A DNA stretch of 63,998 nt, counting the filler, from Dirinaria sp. TL-2023a (Eukaryota), in the NCBI GenBank assembly GCA_051941275.1. It is 3 parts of 3 records of this genome, joined end to end, with 100 filler letters (N's around TTAATTAATTAA, not from the genome) between each part and the next. Parts side by side here need not be neighbours in the genome. Positions count along the whole stretch, not along the records: positions 43,566 to 63,998 come from JAVEBF010000287.1; 2 more parts are not named here. One strand, written 5' to 3'. The notes under the pieces were generated by a model. The model made no database searches, was not told where the DNA came from, and saw only the letters and a program-made list of their open reading frames with translations. Below, piece after piece: positions 62,421-63,998 of this stretch (its first letter is position 1; each line of letters begins with the position of its first letter). A program made the translations under genes and the position numbers.

Positions 62421-63998
62421 TTTTCGTTGAAAATCGTCTCTGGAAAGGGAGAAGTTGGTGGCTTTCTAATTTTTCATTGGATTGTGATAGTCAACTCTCT
62501 TCTATATAAGAGGGCTCGCGTTTTCTTATGGAGAGTACTTCATGCTGTCCTATATAAGGAAGGCTCTCAACGCTCGTTTCAGCTAAGAACGAACCATTCA
62601 CGCGAATTGAATTGAATCTCGGTCACATGGCAAAAGCTCTCCATCATGTACCGTACCCCCGTCGCAAGCAAAGGGGCCTCACATCCCCATCCAGAAAAGC
62701 GTAATCAGTCTACATGTGGCAAGGCCCAACACTACTGTTTCGACATTGTATTTATCTACATCTAGCTACACCGAATTGAGCAGCAGGAGCGGAGACTTCT
62801 GCATAAGTACGATTTCGGTGCCTTACGTGTAGGTAAGCATAACTTATGTATGTGGGGAATGCTTTCTCAATTCTCCAACATCTCCTTATCAATTACAGGA
62901 TACCACTCCGAAAGTTCTTTGATAGCTTGGCTCTGCCATATCTTGAGACATTTGCAATTGACTCGGTAGAGAATCCTAATCATTCGATCGATATCGAAGC
63001 TAAACGCCCTATTCTGGGATATTTTCAAAGACAAGCTTAGATGTGTCCCTGATCCTCTATTGGATTCAGCTGTGTGGACGCCGTCCCGCTTCAGCAACAT
63101 TTTGAGTGTTCTACAATGACCTCGAAAGAATGAAGAGAAGCAAGCACGAAGCAAGTGGCTTCCACATAGTCCTCTGATTGAACGGCAATATCTCGAGAAT
63201 GAAAATTGAGCTCCATATTCGGCATCTCTCCTTGTTTTCCGAGCTCTCCTAGCTTTTACTCGATATACTTTCCACCTACATCGATTCGAACTGAGGATTC
63301 TTGGGCATTTCGGCAACGATATTAACCTAAGTAATGAATGTTACTGCTCGGGGTTTTTGGGGGAAAAGGTGATACAGGAAATCGAGAAGTTTATCGGGAC
63401 TGTCAGGATCATGTGAACGAAAGGCAGAGACGGATATTCTAGATCTAAAAAATGAAAAGATCAGCATCATGCCTGGTCAATGTATGGATCTACCACAACA
63501 CAGTCTTCTTGTGCAGTTATGCGATAGCGGTCTTTCTTGTCTCGCGTCATAATGGCAGTGCTGTTCCTGCGACGAGCTGCATCCGCCTTTGCTACTTTCC
63601 CAGTTGAGATGGTGCAACAGCACCTCAAGATGTACTCCAAATTGTTCCAGATTTAGCAACCACTGCATCTATTTCTGACCCCACTCGCTGATTTTTTCCA
63701 GTGTAGTTCGATTCCAAACCATCACGGCTTGGCAGATTAAGCTTCCACCAGATCTCCTCATGCGCTCGATCCGCTATGGACTGTGGTTTCACCAATCTCG
63801 AGATATGGCTGAATATATCGTGCGCTCGGTAACTGTAGCATTTCTATCAACGACAATGGGTCTTTCTGCTCACAGGTTAGCGTAGCAAACCGATAGTCGT
63901 GGTCTCTGAAATATATTTCTCCCTTGCATGCCTTATGTACGCGAGCAGTGGCGGCGATAACAGAACGGTAGATGGTTACCGAAACGCAATCGTAGCTC

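Overview
Filamentous ascomycete (Pezizomycotina-type) genomic DNA with spliceosomal introns. It consists of three contigs joined by artificial N-TTAATTAATTAA-N linkers (21754-21853, 43466-43565). The first ~43 kb is mostly conserved genes: an O-methyltransferase, a secreted HEXXH metalloprotease-like protein, an F-box-like Cys-rich protein, a GAT-domain protein, a UBX protein, PAN3, OSH1/SWH1 (cut by the gap), tRNA-Ser(GCT), a BTB protein, ISN1 and NTE1. The last ~20 kb is an accessory region of decayed and orphan genes. It carries the main discovery: at least 7 copies of an unrecognised ~95-135 nt RNA polymerase III-type gene. Each complete copy has a TATA box, an internal A-box, a T5-T6 run, a B-box in a tRNA T-arm-like hairpin and a long T-tract. 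The predicted Y-shaped fold is supported by compensatory base changes between copies. The RNA core is conserved (83/83 nt identical between copy pairs) while co-duplicated flanks have drifted strongly, which argues for a functional, previously undescribed multi-copy structured ncRNA family.
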